Shown: positions 47,273-56,848, numbered from the stretch's first letter. The stretch: 64,000 nucleotides of DNA from Patescibacteria group bacterium (GCA_041645215.1 JBAZQK010000003.1:45723-109722), one strand, 5' to 3'. A program made the numbers and translations. Notes: generated by a model not told the origin, from the letters alone.

Positions 47273-47357
47273 ATTTATTTCGTGAATGGAGAGTTATTTT
47301 TGTAGTTTTTCACGATTATGTTGACAAAACAGTGAAAAAAGAATATAATAGTGGTAT

Positions 47358-48233
47358 ATGACTAAAATACTTAATGTTTTCAATAAAATAAATTCTTTAC
47401 GTGAAAGATATTATAAAGCATCTACGGGAAAAGAGGCGCTTATTAAACTTATTGCTGAAACTGAAGTTGCCGAGCAAGTATATAACTCAAATGCTATAGA
47501 AAACAACACTCTTACTCTTGAAGAAACTGAAAAAATACTTCTTCAAATTGATCTTGATAGATATATCACTGAGCGAGAAATATTTGAAACAAAAAATTTA
47601 GCAAGAGTTGTATCATATATAGATAAAAAAGCCAAAGAACAAGAACTTACTCTTGATGTTATTTTATCGCTTCATAAAATGTTGATTTCAAATATACGCA
47701 ATGATGTTGCTGGAAGATTCAGAAAAGATAATGAATATGTTCGAGTAGCTAATTACATTGCACCAGCTCCAAAAGAAGTTCTAACAAGACTTGAAAAAAT
47801 GCTGACAGAATACAATGCTACAAGCCATGAAAATATTATTAAACGTATTGCGCGCTTGCACCTTACTTTTGAACACATCCATCCATTTGTTGATGGCAAC
47901 GGTCGTATCGGAAGAGTAATAAATAATTACCTGCTTATAAGAGAAGGATTTGTTCCAATAAATATAAAATTTATTGATAGAAAAAAATATTATGAAGCTT
48001 TCAAAGAATTTGATAAAAAAAACATAACTACTGTTATGGAAGAAATGGTAGGGAAAGCGCTTACTAACAGTTATTATAAAAGATTAGCATACTTGGAAGA
48101 CAAAAAAATTATTCTGCTTGTTGAGTATGCAAAAAGTAACAAGCTTTCACATTCAAATCTTATAAATAAAGCTAATCGACAGACTATTGAGGCTTTTTTA
48201 GAAAAGAACGTTTGGAAAATTGGTGTTGATTAA
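47358..48233 (+). CDS. Fic protein
   Basis: SNAIEN, HPFVDGNGRIGR. Confidence 0.93.
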   Translation: MTKILNVFNKINSLRERYYKASTGKEALIKLIAETEVAEQVYNSNAIENNTLTLEETEKILLQIDLDRYITEREIFETKNLARVVSYIDKKAKEQELTLDVILSLHKMLISNIRNDVAGRFRKDNEYVRVANYIAPAPKEVLTRLEKMLTEYNATSHENIIKRIARLHLTFEHIHPFVDGNGRIGRVINNYLLIREGFVPINIKFIDRKKYYEAFKEFDKKNITTVMEEMVGKALTNSYYKRLAYLEDKKIILLVEYAKSNKLSHSNLINKANRQTIEAFLEKNVWKIGVD

Positions 48234-48280
48234 AAAATGAAGCCTCCACGGGCTCATCCAGCCTTCGTCCTCCTTGGGAG

Positions 48281-48329
48281 GAGGGTTGGGGGTTGTATTA
48301 TTTTTAGTGAATTAAAACATTAAGAAAAA
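48281..48329 (+). repeat. Cassette-boundary repeat R4
   Basis: 47/49 identical to 49714-49762. Confidence 0.9.
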
Positions 48330-48366
48330 GTTGCCTGTCGCGAGGAGTGTATATGTTATCACTAAT

Positions 48367-48717
48367 TTAGGGTATGGTAAGTTCAGGATTTTTAGAAATA
48401 TAATCATCTATGGCAATCTTCAATTTTGGCAACTCGTGAGTAATGATATTCCAAATAATATCTACATCAATATCAAAATAATCATGCACAAGCTTATCTC
48501 TAGTGCCAGCTATATTTTTCCACGGAATATCAGAATATGTTGTCGTAAGATCGTCAGGCAGATTTTTAGATGCTTCACCAATAACCATAACATCATAAAC
48601 AACAGCGCGTAAAAGTACATCATTATGAGACAAATCAACACAACTTACATCTTTTGTCGCTTTTTGTATTCTTTTTATGGCATCGCGTATATGCAATACT
48701 CTGATGTTAATCTTCAT
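48367..48717 (-). CDS. HepT-like HEPN (DUF86) toxin
   Basis: IGEASKNL, IPWKNIAGTRDKLVHDYF (RX4H). Confidence 0.92.
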   Translation of the reverse strand: MKINIRVLHIRDAIKRIQKATKDVSCVDLSHNDVLLRAVVYDVMVIGEASKNLPDDLTTTYSDIPWKNIAGTRDKLVHDYFDIDVDIIWNIITHELPKLKIAIDDYISKNPELTIP

Positions 48718-49012
48718 AAATAGGCTTTAAATCGTTAAACACTGAACTTTTAATATAACGTCCAATGTTTTTTTCGGTGGCTAAATCTACCTTACGGCCA
48801 ACTTTTTCTTCAAGTTCGCGCTCAACACCAATAAGATCAAATAAAGAAAAGGCGCTATTTTGCTTCAAACGAATCATAATATCAATGTCGCTTTCAGATT
48901 TTTCTTCACCTCGCGCGAACGACCCAAAAACACCCGCATAAGAAATCGGATATTTCTTAAATACCGGTTCAATTTTCTTTTTTATCTCATTGAGTCTTTT
49001 ATCGCTTACCAT
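48707..49012 (-). CDS. MntA-like minimal nucleotidyltransferase antitoxin
   Basis: FGSFARGE..SDIDIMI..GRKVDL; overlaps the HEPN gene. Confidence 0.92.
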   Translation of the reverse strand: MVSDKRLNEIKKKIEPVFKKYPISYAGVFGSFARGEEKSESDIDIMIRLKQNSAFSLFDLIGVERELEEKVGRKVDLATEKNIGRYIKSSVFNDLKPIYED

Positions 49013-49083
49013 ATCATTTATTATAATACAATACAACAAAAAAACTAGTAATAGTCCCTACAGAGCAGGACTTAGATCACATA

Positions 49084-49347
49084 TCACTTCGCTCGCTCTT
49101 TATCAAGAATATCGTGTGTGCCGACACGGCGAAGAACGATCAAAGTTTCCCAATATTGAAAGGTGAAACGATACGCTCGCGTTATACGCGCATACCAAAT
49201 CGAAGTGCCAGGCAATTTCTTCACATGAAGCGAAGAGTGACGAGGGTTTACAATTAAAAATTTAAGCACCTTGTCGAGCGCTCTCCGGACCTCAATCGGC
49301 AGTATCTGATAATCCTTCTTGAACGATTCAGTGAAGAAAAACTGCAT
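49084..49347 (-). CDS. RelE/ParE-superfamily toxin
   Basis: FTESFKKDY, NPRHSSLHVKKL, YRFTF, RRVGTHDIL. Confidence 0.85.
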   Translation of the reverse strand: MQFFFTESFKKDYQILPIEVRRALDKVLKFLIVNPRHSSLHVKKLPGTSIWYARITRAYRFTFQYWETLIVLRRVGTHDILDKERAK

Positions 49348-49601
49348 TATCTTTTTCCCTTACCGCGAAGCGCGGCGATAAGCGTTTTGGCATCTCTGAA
49401 TGGGCCGTAGACTTTGCGCGCCTTTATGGCGACATCAGCTTCGGCTTCTTTTTGCTGCCACTCTGGTGTCCAAAACCAATTGTCTTCGGCGCGAACTTTT
49501 ACTGTTCTCTTCCAATGGGAAAACGCCTCATATTCCTCACGGGGAATAACCACAAGATCTCCTTTTTGAGCAAGTTCTTTAGGAATAGTAACTGCATTCA
49601 T
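49347..49601 (-). CDS. Cognate antitoxin
   Basis: MNAVTIPKELAQKGDLVVIPREEYE..WFWTPEWQ; stop/start overlap with the toxin. Confidence 0.8.
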   Translation of the reverse strand: MNAVTIPKELAQKGDLVVIPREEYEAFSHWKRTVKVRAEDNWFWTPEWQQKEAEADVAIKARKVYGPFRDAKTLIAALRGKGKR

Positions 49602-49713
49602 AGTGACACTATACCATATCCAAAAATCAAAAGTCAAACCTCGTTTACAAAATTATTATATTTTGTCTACTATCTTTGCATATGTGGAGTTAGTGGACAA
49701 GGCCCCCTGACAA

Positions 49714-49803
49714 GAGGGTTAGGGATTGTATTATTTTTAGTGAATTAAAACATTAAGAAAAATCGCCTGGTACGGGAAAGAAAGAAAGAGTACCTGACCC
49801 CCT
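49714..49803 (+). repeat. Cassette-boundary repeat R5
   Basis: gagggttagggattgtattatttttagtgaattaaaacattaagaaaaa..aaagaaagagtacctgacccc. Confidence 0.9.
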
Positions 49804-49816
49804 TTCTATGTTAACT

Positions 49817-49846
49817 TGTAGCAAGGACAGGACAGTCCTTGCTACA
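49817..49846. terminator. GTAG-type REP-like hairpin / possible terminator
   Basis: TGTAGCAAGGAC-aggaca-GTCCTTGCTACA just after the stop at 49853. Confidence 0.55.
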
Positions 49847-49852
49847 CTTTAT

Positions 49853-52800
49853 CTATCGTTGATAGTTAGATCCTACCAACTCAATTCTAAATATAACCGC
49901 AGTGTCATTATTCGATACCGACCATTGTAGTTTACCCTCGATAGCAGTCGGTAAATTTGCGGTAAGATTCGTAGCCGCCGAAAGTGCTCCACCGTTTTTC
50001 CTCCAATAATAATCTACACTTGTTGTCCCGTTTACCACAAAAATTAAATCAAGGAACTCAGAGCCAGCTAGCGTTGTAAGAGATGCCGACGCATTTTCTG
50101 TCGTTCCATCTGCTTGAGTTGCATAAAGATTAACTACCCCGCCACTTTTGATAATCTTGAAGCCAATATGAGCATCTGTATAAGTATGTCCACTACCATT
50201 AACCGTTGGTTGTCCAATTCCGAAGAAAGTCGATGCCGCTCCATTCGAAGCATCAATTGCGGCGGCATTAACAAGAACTGAATATATTGGACTACCTGCG
50301 AATAATTTTGCGTTTGTAGTCTGAAAATTAACTCGTATACTTTGAGAACTTGTAATCGTAGCACCGGTGTTGACTGAAACTCCATATGAGCCAAATGATG
50401 TAGTACCACTGCCAACACTGACAAGCTCAAATCGTGCAGAAGTCGAAAACTCCGTTGAAAACGCTGTTTTTGATACAGGAACTTGGCTCACAAAATTCGT
50501 CCCATCAGAAGTAAGCACATTGCCGGAGGTGCCGGCGGTGGCGGGATAGGTGGCGGTGGACCAAGTCGGGGCGGCTGAAGCGCCGGAACGCAAAATTTGT
50601 CCGGCTGTAGCTGTGCCCGATAATATAGCGCCGGCTGAAGCGGTGGAATATAAAATTCCGCCATTAGAAGCGGTTAAGTTTGCGCCCGTGCCACCTTGAG
50701 CTAAGGTTATTAAAGCATTAGATGTTAAGATAGTAGCAGCAGCATCAGGGAAAGTGTAAACTCTGGCTACTGTCGGGCCTGCGGCAGTAAAGAACGCTAT
50801 ACCTGTTCCACCATTAGCAGTTGGTAATATTCCAGTTACCTTTGCCGCAAGGTCAATAGTTCCAGCCGCAATCATTGCATTGGTAACTTTTAAAGCTCCG
50901 ATAGCGGTGGTTATAGCACCGGTTCCTGTTCCTGAAACATCTCCAGATAATGTTATAGTTTGGTCGCCTGTATTTGTGCCAGAGTTTGTGCCTGTAATGT
51001 CAGAAGTGAATGCTAGTGTTCCAGCGGCATCTTTTAAGGTGTAAATTCTATCGGCTGTATTGGTATTTACAAAATATCCATCAAAAGTATTGGCAACATT
51101 TCTTAATTTCATGGTTGTATTTAAGAAAGTTTTGATACCAGAGTTTGTTTGGGCAGAAGCTAATACCATATCGCCTACACCTTTGGCATTAAGTTGAGTT
51201 TGGATAGCTGAAGTTACACCTTTGACATAGGAAAGTTCGGTAAGAGATGGGTAAGTAGCTGTTGCGAGAGAACCAAGAGTATTTGCCCCAGACCAATAAG
51301 TCAGTTCGTTTATAGTTCCTGTTCCAACTGATGTTAAATAAGTTGAATTATCAAATGAAATTACTGTTCCATTGCCTTTTAAGAAACCCGTTCCATTGGT
51401 CGTAGAAGCGGTTGTGATGTTGTCTAAAGTTAATGCCCTGTCGGGGAGTGTATAAATTCTATCAGCAGTATTTGTATTTACAAAATAACCATCAAAAGTA
51501 TTGGCAACATTTCTTAATTTCATTGTCGTATTTAAGAAAGTTTTGATACCAGAGTTTGTTTGGGCAGATGCAAGAACCATATCACCTACACCTTTAGCGT
51601 TTATTTGAGTTTGTATCGCTGAAGTTACTCCCGCTACATAATTTAATTCTGTGCCTGTAGCAGTCATTGAAATTGCTCCAATGGTGAATGGTGTAGGTAT
51701 AATGACTGTGCCGGTAAAAGTAGGAGAAGCCAAAGGTGCGTAAGCTGTGGTATCAATAGATAATGTTCCAATTCCGCCACCTGTTTTTACAAAACCATTA
51801 GTCGTAAGGTTAGAAAGTGCAGTAATGTTTTGCGAAGTATTGACTGTAATGGTATTTACTGAACGAGTAAGACCAGTTGAAAAAGTTAAAGGCACTTCAT
51901 AAGCACTTGAAGCGGTATAAGCAGCTGTGCCTAATGTTCCACCAGTTCCGATGTTTAGAGTTGATGCATCTGTTCCCGCCAGAGTGAGAGTATTGGAAAT
52001 GGTTAATGTTTTGCCAGCCGTGACTGCCAGTCCGGTGACGGTGGCGGCATTGCCAGTGGTAGAGCCAGACGAACCAGTTACATTGCCAGTCACATTACCG
52101 GTGAGTGGACCAGAAAAGCCGGTAGCGGTTAAAAGTCCAGTGGCAGGATTGAATGACAGTTTGGTAGTAGAAACTTTAGCCGCGTAATTACCGCCAGCCG
52201 TGGCTGTCCACAAAGGATACATGGTGGCGGCGGTAGTGATATCGTCAGCATTATTCACCGGTACAGTTATAGCGCCCGAACCATCAAAATTAACCCCATT
52301 GATGGCTCTGGTGGTGGTTAAAGTCGCCGCGCTGCCAGTCGTGTTCTGGTTTAAGGTTGGGAAATCTCCAGCCACGGCGATTGTCAAAGCGCCGGTAGTA
52401 GTGGTTGATTTTAAAATACCAGTAGCGAGCGCGGAAGTTCCAGCTGAATAATCCGTTCCAGCCGTAGCGGCCGAAAAGGCCGATGCACCATTACCCTTGA
52501 TTAGTCCAGTCAGGGTGGACACGCCTGTGCCGCCATAAGCAACCCCCACCACATTACCTTGCCAAGTAGAGCCGGTGGACAGGGTTTTATTGAGCAAGGT
52601 TTCGGTACCAGCTAAAGTAGCCAAGGTGCCAGAGGTGGGTAAAATCAGGCTGGTGTTAGCCGTAGTCGTAAAGAATAAGGTATTAGCCGCAGTGGCCAAA
52701 GGCACTAGGCCGCTGTTATCCTGCAGGGTGATAGTTCGGCTGGCTGTGGGGTCGGTTACGCCCAAAGTGGTTTTGTTGGTATCAATGGTGGTGCCGTCAA

Positions 52801-52951
52801 AGGTCAGGGTAAGGTTGCCTTGGGAATTAATATTAAAGCTGGAAAAAGTCAATTCTGCCAAGGCATACTGGGAAGTAATAGCCAAAGACAAGATTATAGC
52901 TAAACCAACGGCGCTTTGGCGCCAATATCTAAACAGTTTAAACTTGGTCAT
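49853..52951 (-). CDS. Secreted Thr/Gly-rich phage-tail-fibre-like adhesin
   Basis: Signal peptide; fibre motifs VAYGGTG, TTRAINGVNFDGS, APLASPTFTG, TELSYVKGVTSAIQTQL, GNVLTSDGT; internal ~60-aa duplication. Confidence 0.75.
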   Translation of the reverse strand: MTKFKLFRYWRQSAVGLAIILSLAITSQYALAELTFSSFNINSQGNLTLTFDGTTIDTNKTTLGVTDPTASRTITLQDNSGLVPLATAANTLFFTTTANTSLILPTSGTLATLAGTETLLNKTLSTGSTWQGNVVGVAYGGTGVSTLTGLIKGNGASAFSAATAGTDYSAGTSALATGILKSTTTTGALTIAVAGDFPTLNQNTTGSAATLTTTRAINGVNFDGSGAITVPVNNADDITTAATMYPLWTATAGGNYAAKVSTTKLSFNPATGLLTATGFSGPLTGNVTGNVTGSSGSTTGNAATVTGLAVTAGKTLTISNTLTLAGTDASTLNIGTGGTLGTAAYTASSAYEVPLTFSTGLTRSVNTITVNTSQNITALSNLTTNGFVKTGGGIGTLSIDTTAYAPLASPTFTGTVIIPTPFTIGAISMTATGTELNYVAGVTSAIQTQINAKGVGDMVLASAQTNSGIKTFLNTTMKLRNVANTFDGYFVNTNTADRIYTLPDRALTLDNITTASTTNGTGFLKGNGTVISFDNSTYLTSVGTGTINELTYWSGANTLGSLATATYPSLTELSYVKGVTSAIQTQLNAKGVGDMVLASAQTNSGIKTFLNTTMKLRNVANTFDGYFVNTNTADRIYTLKDAAGTLAFTSDITGTNSGTNTGDQTITLSGDVSGTGTGAITTAIGALKVTNAMIAAGTIDLAAKVTGILPTANGGTGIAFFTAAGPTVARVYTFPDAAATILTSNALITLAQGGTGANLTASNGGILYSTASAGAILSGTATAGQILRSGASAAPTWSTATYPATAGTSGNVLTSDGTNFVSQVPVSKTAFSTEFSTSARFELVSVGSGTTSFGSYGVSVNTGATITSSQSIRVNFQTTNAKLFAGSPIYSVLVNAAAIDASNGAASTFFGIGQPTVNGSGHTYTDAHIGFKIIKSGGVVNLYATQADGTTENASASLTTLAGSEFLDLIFVVNGTTSVDYYWRKNGGALSAATNLTANLPTAIEGKLQWSVSNNDTAVIFRIELVGSNYQR

Positions 52952-53182
52952 ATAATCAACAAGTTAATGATTAATAACTAAAGTCTATATCAAAGAGTAG
53001 CATAATTACCTTAATAAATTCAAGCACCTTGACCCGCCAACGGCGGTGGCTTGTCCCGCTTCAGCCAGCACGCCCCGCCGATTCGGCGGGGTATTTTGGC
53101 GAAAGGTGATAAACGCGTAAGTCCTATATAAGCAAAGAACAAGCCCTTTTTAGGAGGACTTGTTCTCTAAATTAAATCAGTA

Positions 53183-53329
53183 TAGGACCTACGCACTTCG
53201 TCATCCTGAACTCGATTCAGGATCTCTATCAAGGACTAATGTTAGCCAAGGTTAGATTCTGATCCGCCAGTGGCGGACAGAATGACGGCTGCAAAAATAC
53301 CACATTCTGTGTCAAGTGCGTAAATCCTA
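53183..53329. mobile_element. TAGGAC(C)TACGC MITE enclosing a GTCATCCTGA element
   Basis: TAGGACCTACGCACTT...AAGTGCGTAAATCCTA. Confidence 0.75.
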
Positions 53330-53334
53330 CAGTA

Positions 53335-53790
53335 TTATTGAATTCCGCTCGGCGTGGCAGTTCGCGCGCCAGCGGCTAGACCACCGGTAGCGCCTTCCAG
53401 AGTAAAAGTAATTGAATAGGATGTACCATCGGCCGAGGCGTAAGTATAAGCGGCTCCGCCCGGTGACGGGTTAGAAGGCACTCTCCCCATATAAACCGTT
53501 CCAGCGGCCGTGGCGTTAAAGCCATTGGTGGCGCTTAAGGTCAAATGGTTAGCGTCGCCCAAAGTTCCGGCTTGAGCATTGGCAGCAATAGTGCCGGATG
53601 GATACAGATTCTGATCGCCATAATAAAGCTCCAAAGCGGTTTGTATCTGCTTAACATCACTCACCCGCTTAGCATCGCGCGACTTCAGACGAGCGCTGTT
53701 AAGAGCCACTACCGCCAAGGTTGACAAAATGGCAATAATAGCGATTACAACCAAGAGTTCAACTAAAGTGAAACCTTTTTGATTTGTCAT
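53335..53790 (-). CDS. Type IV major pilin candidate
   Basis: KGFTLVELLVVIAIIAILS..SRDAKRVSD; strong SD AAGGAGGTGAG. Confidence 0.9.
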   Translation of the reverse strand: MTNQKGFTLVELLVVIAIIAILSTLAVVALNSARLKSRDAKRVSDVKQIQTALELYYGDQNLYPSGTIAANAQAGTLGDANHLTLSATNGFNATAAGTVYMGRVPSNPSPGGAAYTYASADGTSYSITFTLEGATGGLAAGARTATPSGIQ

Positions 53791-53921
53791 TGTCTCACCT
53801 CCTTCCTTTTTTGCACAAATTCCTTGCGCGCTATACTCATAGTAATCAAAGTTTAGAACCCAAGGACAAAAATAACATAGTTAGTATAGCATATTTTCTG
53901 GCTAGCGTCCAATAGCCCGAG

Positions 53922-54130
53922 ACTACCTATTTAAATTACGAAATTGAGATTCTTCAGCTTCGCTTCAGAATGACAAATGGAAGTAGGTTCAGAATGACAG
54001 AGTGGCTAGCCTCACTATAGCGCGTGTGTCATCCTGAGTGGAGCGATAGCGGAATGAAGGATCTCGAGATCCTTCAGCCGATTCCGCCGGCCGGCGGAAA
54101 GCGAAAGGTTATTTCGTAATTCAAGGTAGT
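53922..54130. mobile_element. MITE-like element with nested REP-like hairpins
   Basis: ACTACC..AATTACGAAAT...ATTTCGTAATT..GGTAGT ends; internal cagaatgac / gtcatcctga units. Confidence 0.6.
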
Positions 54131-55338
54131 TAAAAACTGCCGGCCAAATTATACAGCGGCAAAATTATCGCCGACACCATAACCCCCACCGCCACACCCA
54201 AAACCACCATTATCAGCGGCTCAACCAAAGTAGACAAATTGCTCACCAAATTTTCCACCTCCCGACTGTAAAACGCCGCCAAGCGCTGCAAAATTTCTTC
54301 CAGCCGGCCGGTTTTCTCGCCCACCACCATCATCTGCGAAACCATCACCGGCATCACCTCCGACTGCAAAAAAACCGTGGACACTGAATTGCCCTCCTCC
54401 ACCTCATGAATCGTGCGCTTAATCAAATCTTGAAAAACCGAATTGCCCACCACCCCCGACACCACCTCCAAGCTTTTGGTTAGCGGCACGCCGCCCTGCA
54501 ACAAAGTCGCCAGCGACCGGGCAAAACGGACCAAATAAATTTGCCGGTAAATCCGGCCAAAAATGGGAATTTTCAATTGCCAGCGATGCCACAGCAATCT
54601 GCCAACCTCGGTCCGAACAAAAACTCTGATGCCGCCAATCACCCCCATTACAATTAATATTATCAACCACCAATAATTCTGCATAATATTACTGGTGCCA
54701 ATAAGCAATCGGGTCGTAAACGGCAATTTAGTATTGGTGTCCTGTAAAATCGTAATCAGTTTTGGCAAAACAAAAACCATCATTACGAAACCAACAATAA
54801 TCAAGCCGCCAACAATAAAAGCCGGGTAAATCATGGCGCCGTGAATTTTACTCGTCAAGTCGTGATTCTTTTCCGCCTCATCCGCCAAATAATTTAACGA
54901 TTCCTCCAATTTGCCCGAAGTTTCGCCGGATTTAATCATATTCACGTAAAATCCGGAAAAGGCCTCGGGATACTTAGCCAAGGCGCCGGACAATTTGGCG
55001 CCGCCTTCCACCTCATCAGCCACATCCGAAACTATCACGCGCAAAGTATCATTCTCCGTTTGTTTAACTAAAATGTGCAAACTTTCCAACAACGGCACGG
55101 ATGCCGAGGCCATAACGGCTAACTGGCGGGAAAATATTACCAGGTCTTTTGACTTGATGCGGTTAAAAAGTTTAAGTGACGCCTGCAAAAAACTGCCGGC
55201 CGCGCGCGCTTCCACCGACACCGGCGTTAACTGCTTTTCCGCCAAAACTTCCAACGCCAGACTTTCCGAAGCGGCTTCCACTACTCCCGATTGATCTTGG
55301 CCTTTATAATCTTTGGCGTGATAATCAAAAAATGGCAT
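54130..55338 (-). CDS. pilC: Type IV pilus platform protein
   Basis: FSRQLAVM, SGETSGKLE, GAMIYP, VGEKTGRLE, LVEP. Confidence 0.95.
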   Translation of the reverse strand: MPFFDYHAKDYKGQDQSGVVEAASESLALEVLAEKQLTPVSVEARAAGSFLQASLKLFNRIKSKDLVIFSRQLAVMASASVPLLESLHILVKQTENDTLRVIVSDVADEVEGGAKLSGALAKYPEAFSGFYVNMIKSGETSGKLEESLNYLADEAEKNHDLTSKIHGAMIYPAFIVGGLIIVGFVMMVFVLPKLITILQDTNTKLPFTTRLLIGTSNIMQNYWWLIILIVMGVIGGIRVFVRTEVGRLLWHRWQLKIPIFGRIYRQIYLVRFARSLATLLQGGVPLTKSLEVVSGVVGNSVFQDLIKRTIHEVEEGNSVSTVFLQSEVMPVMVSQMMVVGEKTGRLEEILQRLAAFYSREVENLVSNLSTLVEPLIMVVLGVAVGVMVSAIILPLYNLAGSF

Positions 55339-55341
55339 AAA

Positions 55342-56418
55342 TTAAGAGCGCTGGAGTAAAGCTTTAAACAATTCCAAATCGTGCGCGTACTTGATTGCTA
55401 TTTCCTGCATAATTTCACCGGTTTGGGTAAGTTGGGCCAAGGCAAAATCAAACGGCATCATACCCTCGGCGCGCGATGTCTGCAATAAATTATTAAGGCG
55501 GTAATATTTACCTTCTTGAATAATTGATTTTACCGGCGGGGTGTTAAGCAATAATTCCGGCACCAATACCCGGCCGCCGCCGACGCGCGGAATTAATTGC
55601 TGAAAAGATATAGCCAACAAAGCGTCGGCCAGCCTGGTCCGCGCACTGTCCTGATCATCCGGTTTATATTGCCCAAGCAAACGTTCGATAGTTTTAACTG
55701 ACGAATCTGACTCGGTTACCGCCAAAACTAACTTGCCGCCTAAGGCCAAATCAATCGCCTGATTGATTATCTGGCCGCTCGGCAAACGCGACAACGCTAT
55801 CACATCGCAATCCTCATTCGGCAAGTCGCTAACCGCCTCTTCCCAACTATTAACGTCCTGGCCCACTTCTCTTTGATCTAACAGGCTTTTATCAGCTAAT
55901 AAAGCGTATTCAATCGGTTCTTCAATGGTTACAATGTGACGCGCCTGGCGATGGTTAATTACTGACAGCAGACTGGCCACCGTCGTGCTCCGACCGGAAC
56001 CGAACGGCCCGGTTATCAAAATTAAACCATGCTGACGGCTGGTTAATTTGGCCAACGCCGGCGGCAAACCTAAATCAACTGTTGTTTTAACCGAACTGCC
56101 GATAAAACGCATAGTTAATTCCGGTAAACCATGCTGATAAAAAACCGACACCCGCAGGCGTAAACGGTTGGCAAAATTATAACCAATGGTTATTTGTTTT
56201 TGCTGTTCCAAAATTTGACGTTGCTGGGGTGTCAGTAAATAAGCCAGTATCGCCTCTAAAAAATCAGCGGAAACAGTCGCCTCGTCGCTTTCAACCGACA
56301 ACTCGCCGTCGCGGCGCGCCACCGGCTGGGAACCGGCGCGTAAATATAAATCTGACACCGCTTGCGCAGCCAAATTAGTCAGTATTTTTTGAAAAATCGC
56401 AACTTCGGTAGCTGACAT
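55342..56418 (-). CDS. PilT-like ATPase with degenerate catalytic motifs
   Basis: SDLYL, ITGPFGSGRSTT, TIEEPIEY, QREVGQD, QQLIPR. Confidence 0.85.
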   Translation of the reverse strand: MSATEVAIFQKILTNLAAQAVSDLYLRAGSQPVARRDGELSVESDEATVSADFLEAILAYLLTPQQRQILEQQKQITIGYNFANRLRLRVSVFYQHGLPELTMRFIGSSVKTTVDLGLPPALAKLTSRQHGLILITGPFGSGRSTTVASLLSVINHRQARHIVTIEEPIEYALLADKSLLDQREVGQDVNSWEEAVSDLPNEDCDVIALSRLPSGQIINQAIDLALGGKLVLAVTESDSSVKTIERLLGQYKPDDQDSARTRLADALLAISFQQLIPRVGGGRVLVPELLLNTPPVKSIIQEGKYYRLNNLLQTSRAEGMMPFDFALAQLTQTGEIMQEIAIKYAHDLELFKALLQRS

Positions 56419-56455
56419 AATAGGAAATTTAAAATGTAAATATCAAAGATTAAAA

Positions 56456-56848
56456 TTATTTTTTATTCTTGAGAGTCAATATACTGGAAGCTAAAATATT
56501 AGCTAATTCTATTAATTCAGCCAAAAGACGGTTAACTTCTTGTTTATTGCCTTTATTAGTGTCTCTTAGAAGTGTTAGCCAGACTTTTGATTCATTAGCT
56601 GATTTTAATGAATAAGTGAAAAAATTAATAAAATCCTTCTTGGAGCTAGCCGAGTTGGCTTCTATATAATTGGCTAATATGCTAGTACCGCTCCGTAATA
56701 ACTGTTTACCAATCACTTCACTCACAACTCCTTTAGGCAATGAATCAATGAATTTAATTAAACTTAGAGTAAATTTATAAAGCCGTTGTTTAAATTCATT
56801 TTTAAATTTTAATTTGTCATTTTCCATTTTGATTTTTACATTTTGCAT
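56456..56848 (-). CDS. Four helix bundle protein (23S rRNA IVP / Avd-like family)
   Basis: QLLRSGTSILANYIEA..SKKDF..LKSANESKVWL; flanked by 7-mer repeats. Confidence 0.9.
   Translation of the reverse strand: MQNVKIKMENDKLKFKNEFKQRLYKFTLSLIKFIDSLPKGVVSEVIGKQLLRSGTSILANYIEANSASSKKDFINFFTYSLKSANESKVWLTLLRDTNKGNKQEVNRLLAELIELANILASSILTLKNKK

Noticed and set aside
44750-49803. Classical integron with attC sites
   Set aside because: No intI; repeats are direct, lack attC RYYYAAC/GTTRRRY palindromic structure, and cassettes are in mixed orientation with their own promoters
51040-51631. DGR template/variable repeat pair (given the Avd-like gene nearby)
   Set aside because: Both copies are in-frame coding, differences are mostly synonymous and not adenine-specific, and there is no reverse transcriptase in the window
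49853-52951. Prophage remnant
   Set aside because: No other phage genes nearby and the protein has a signal peptide
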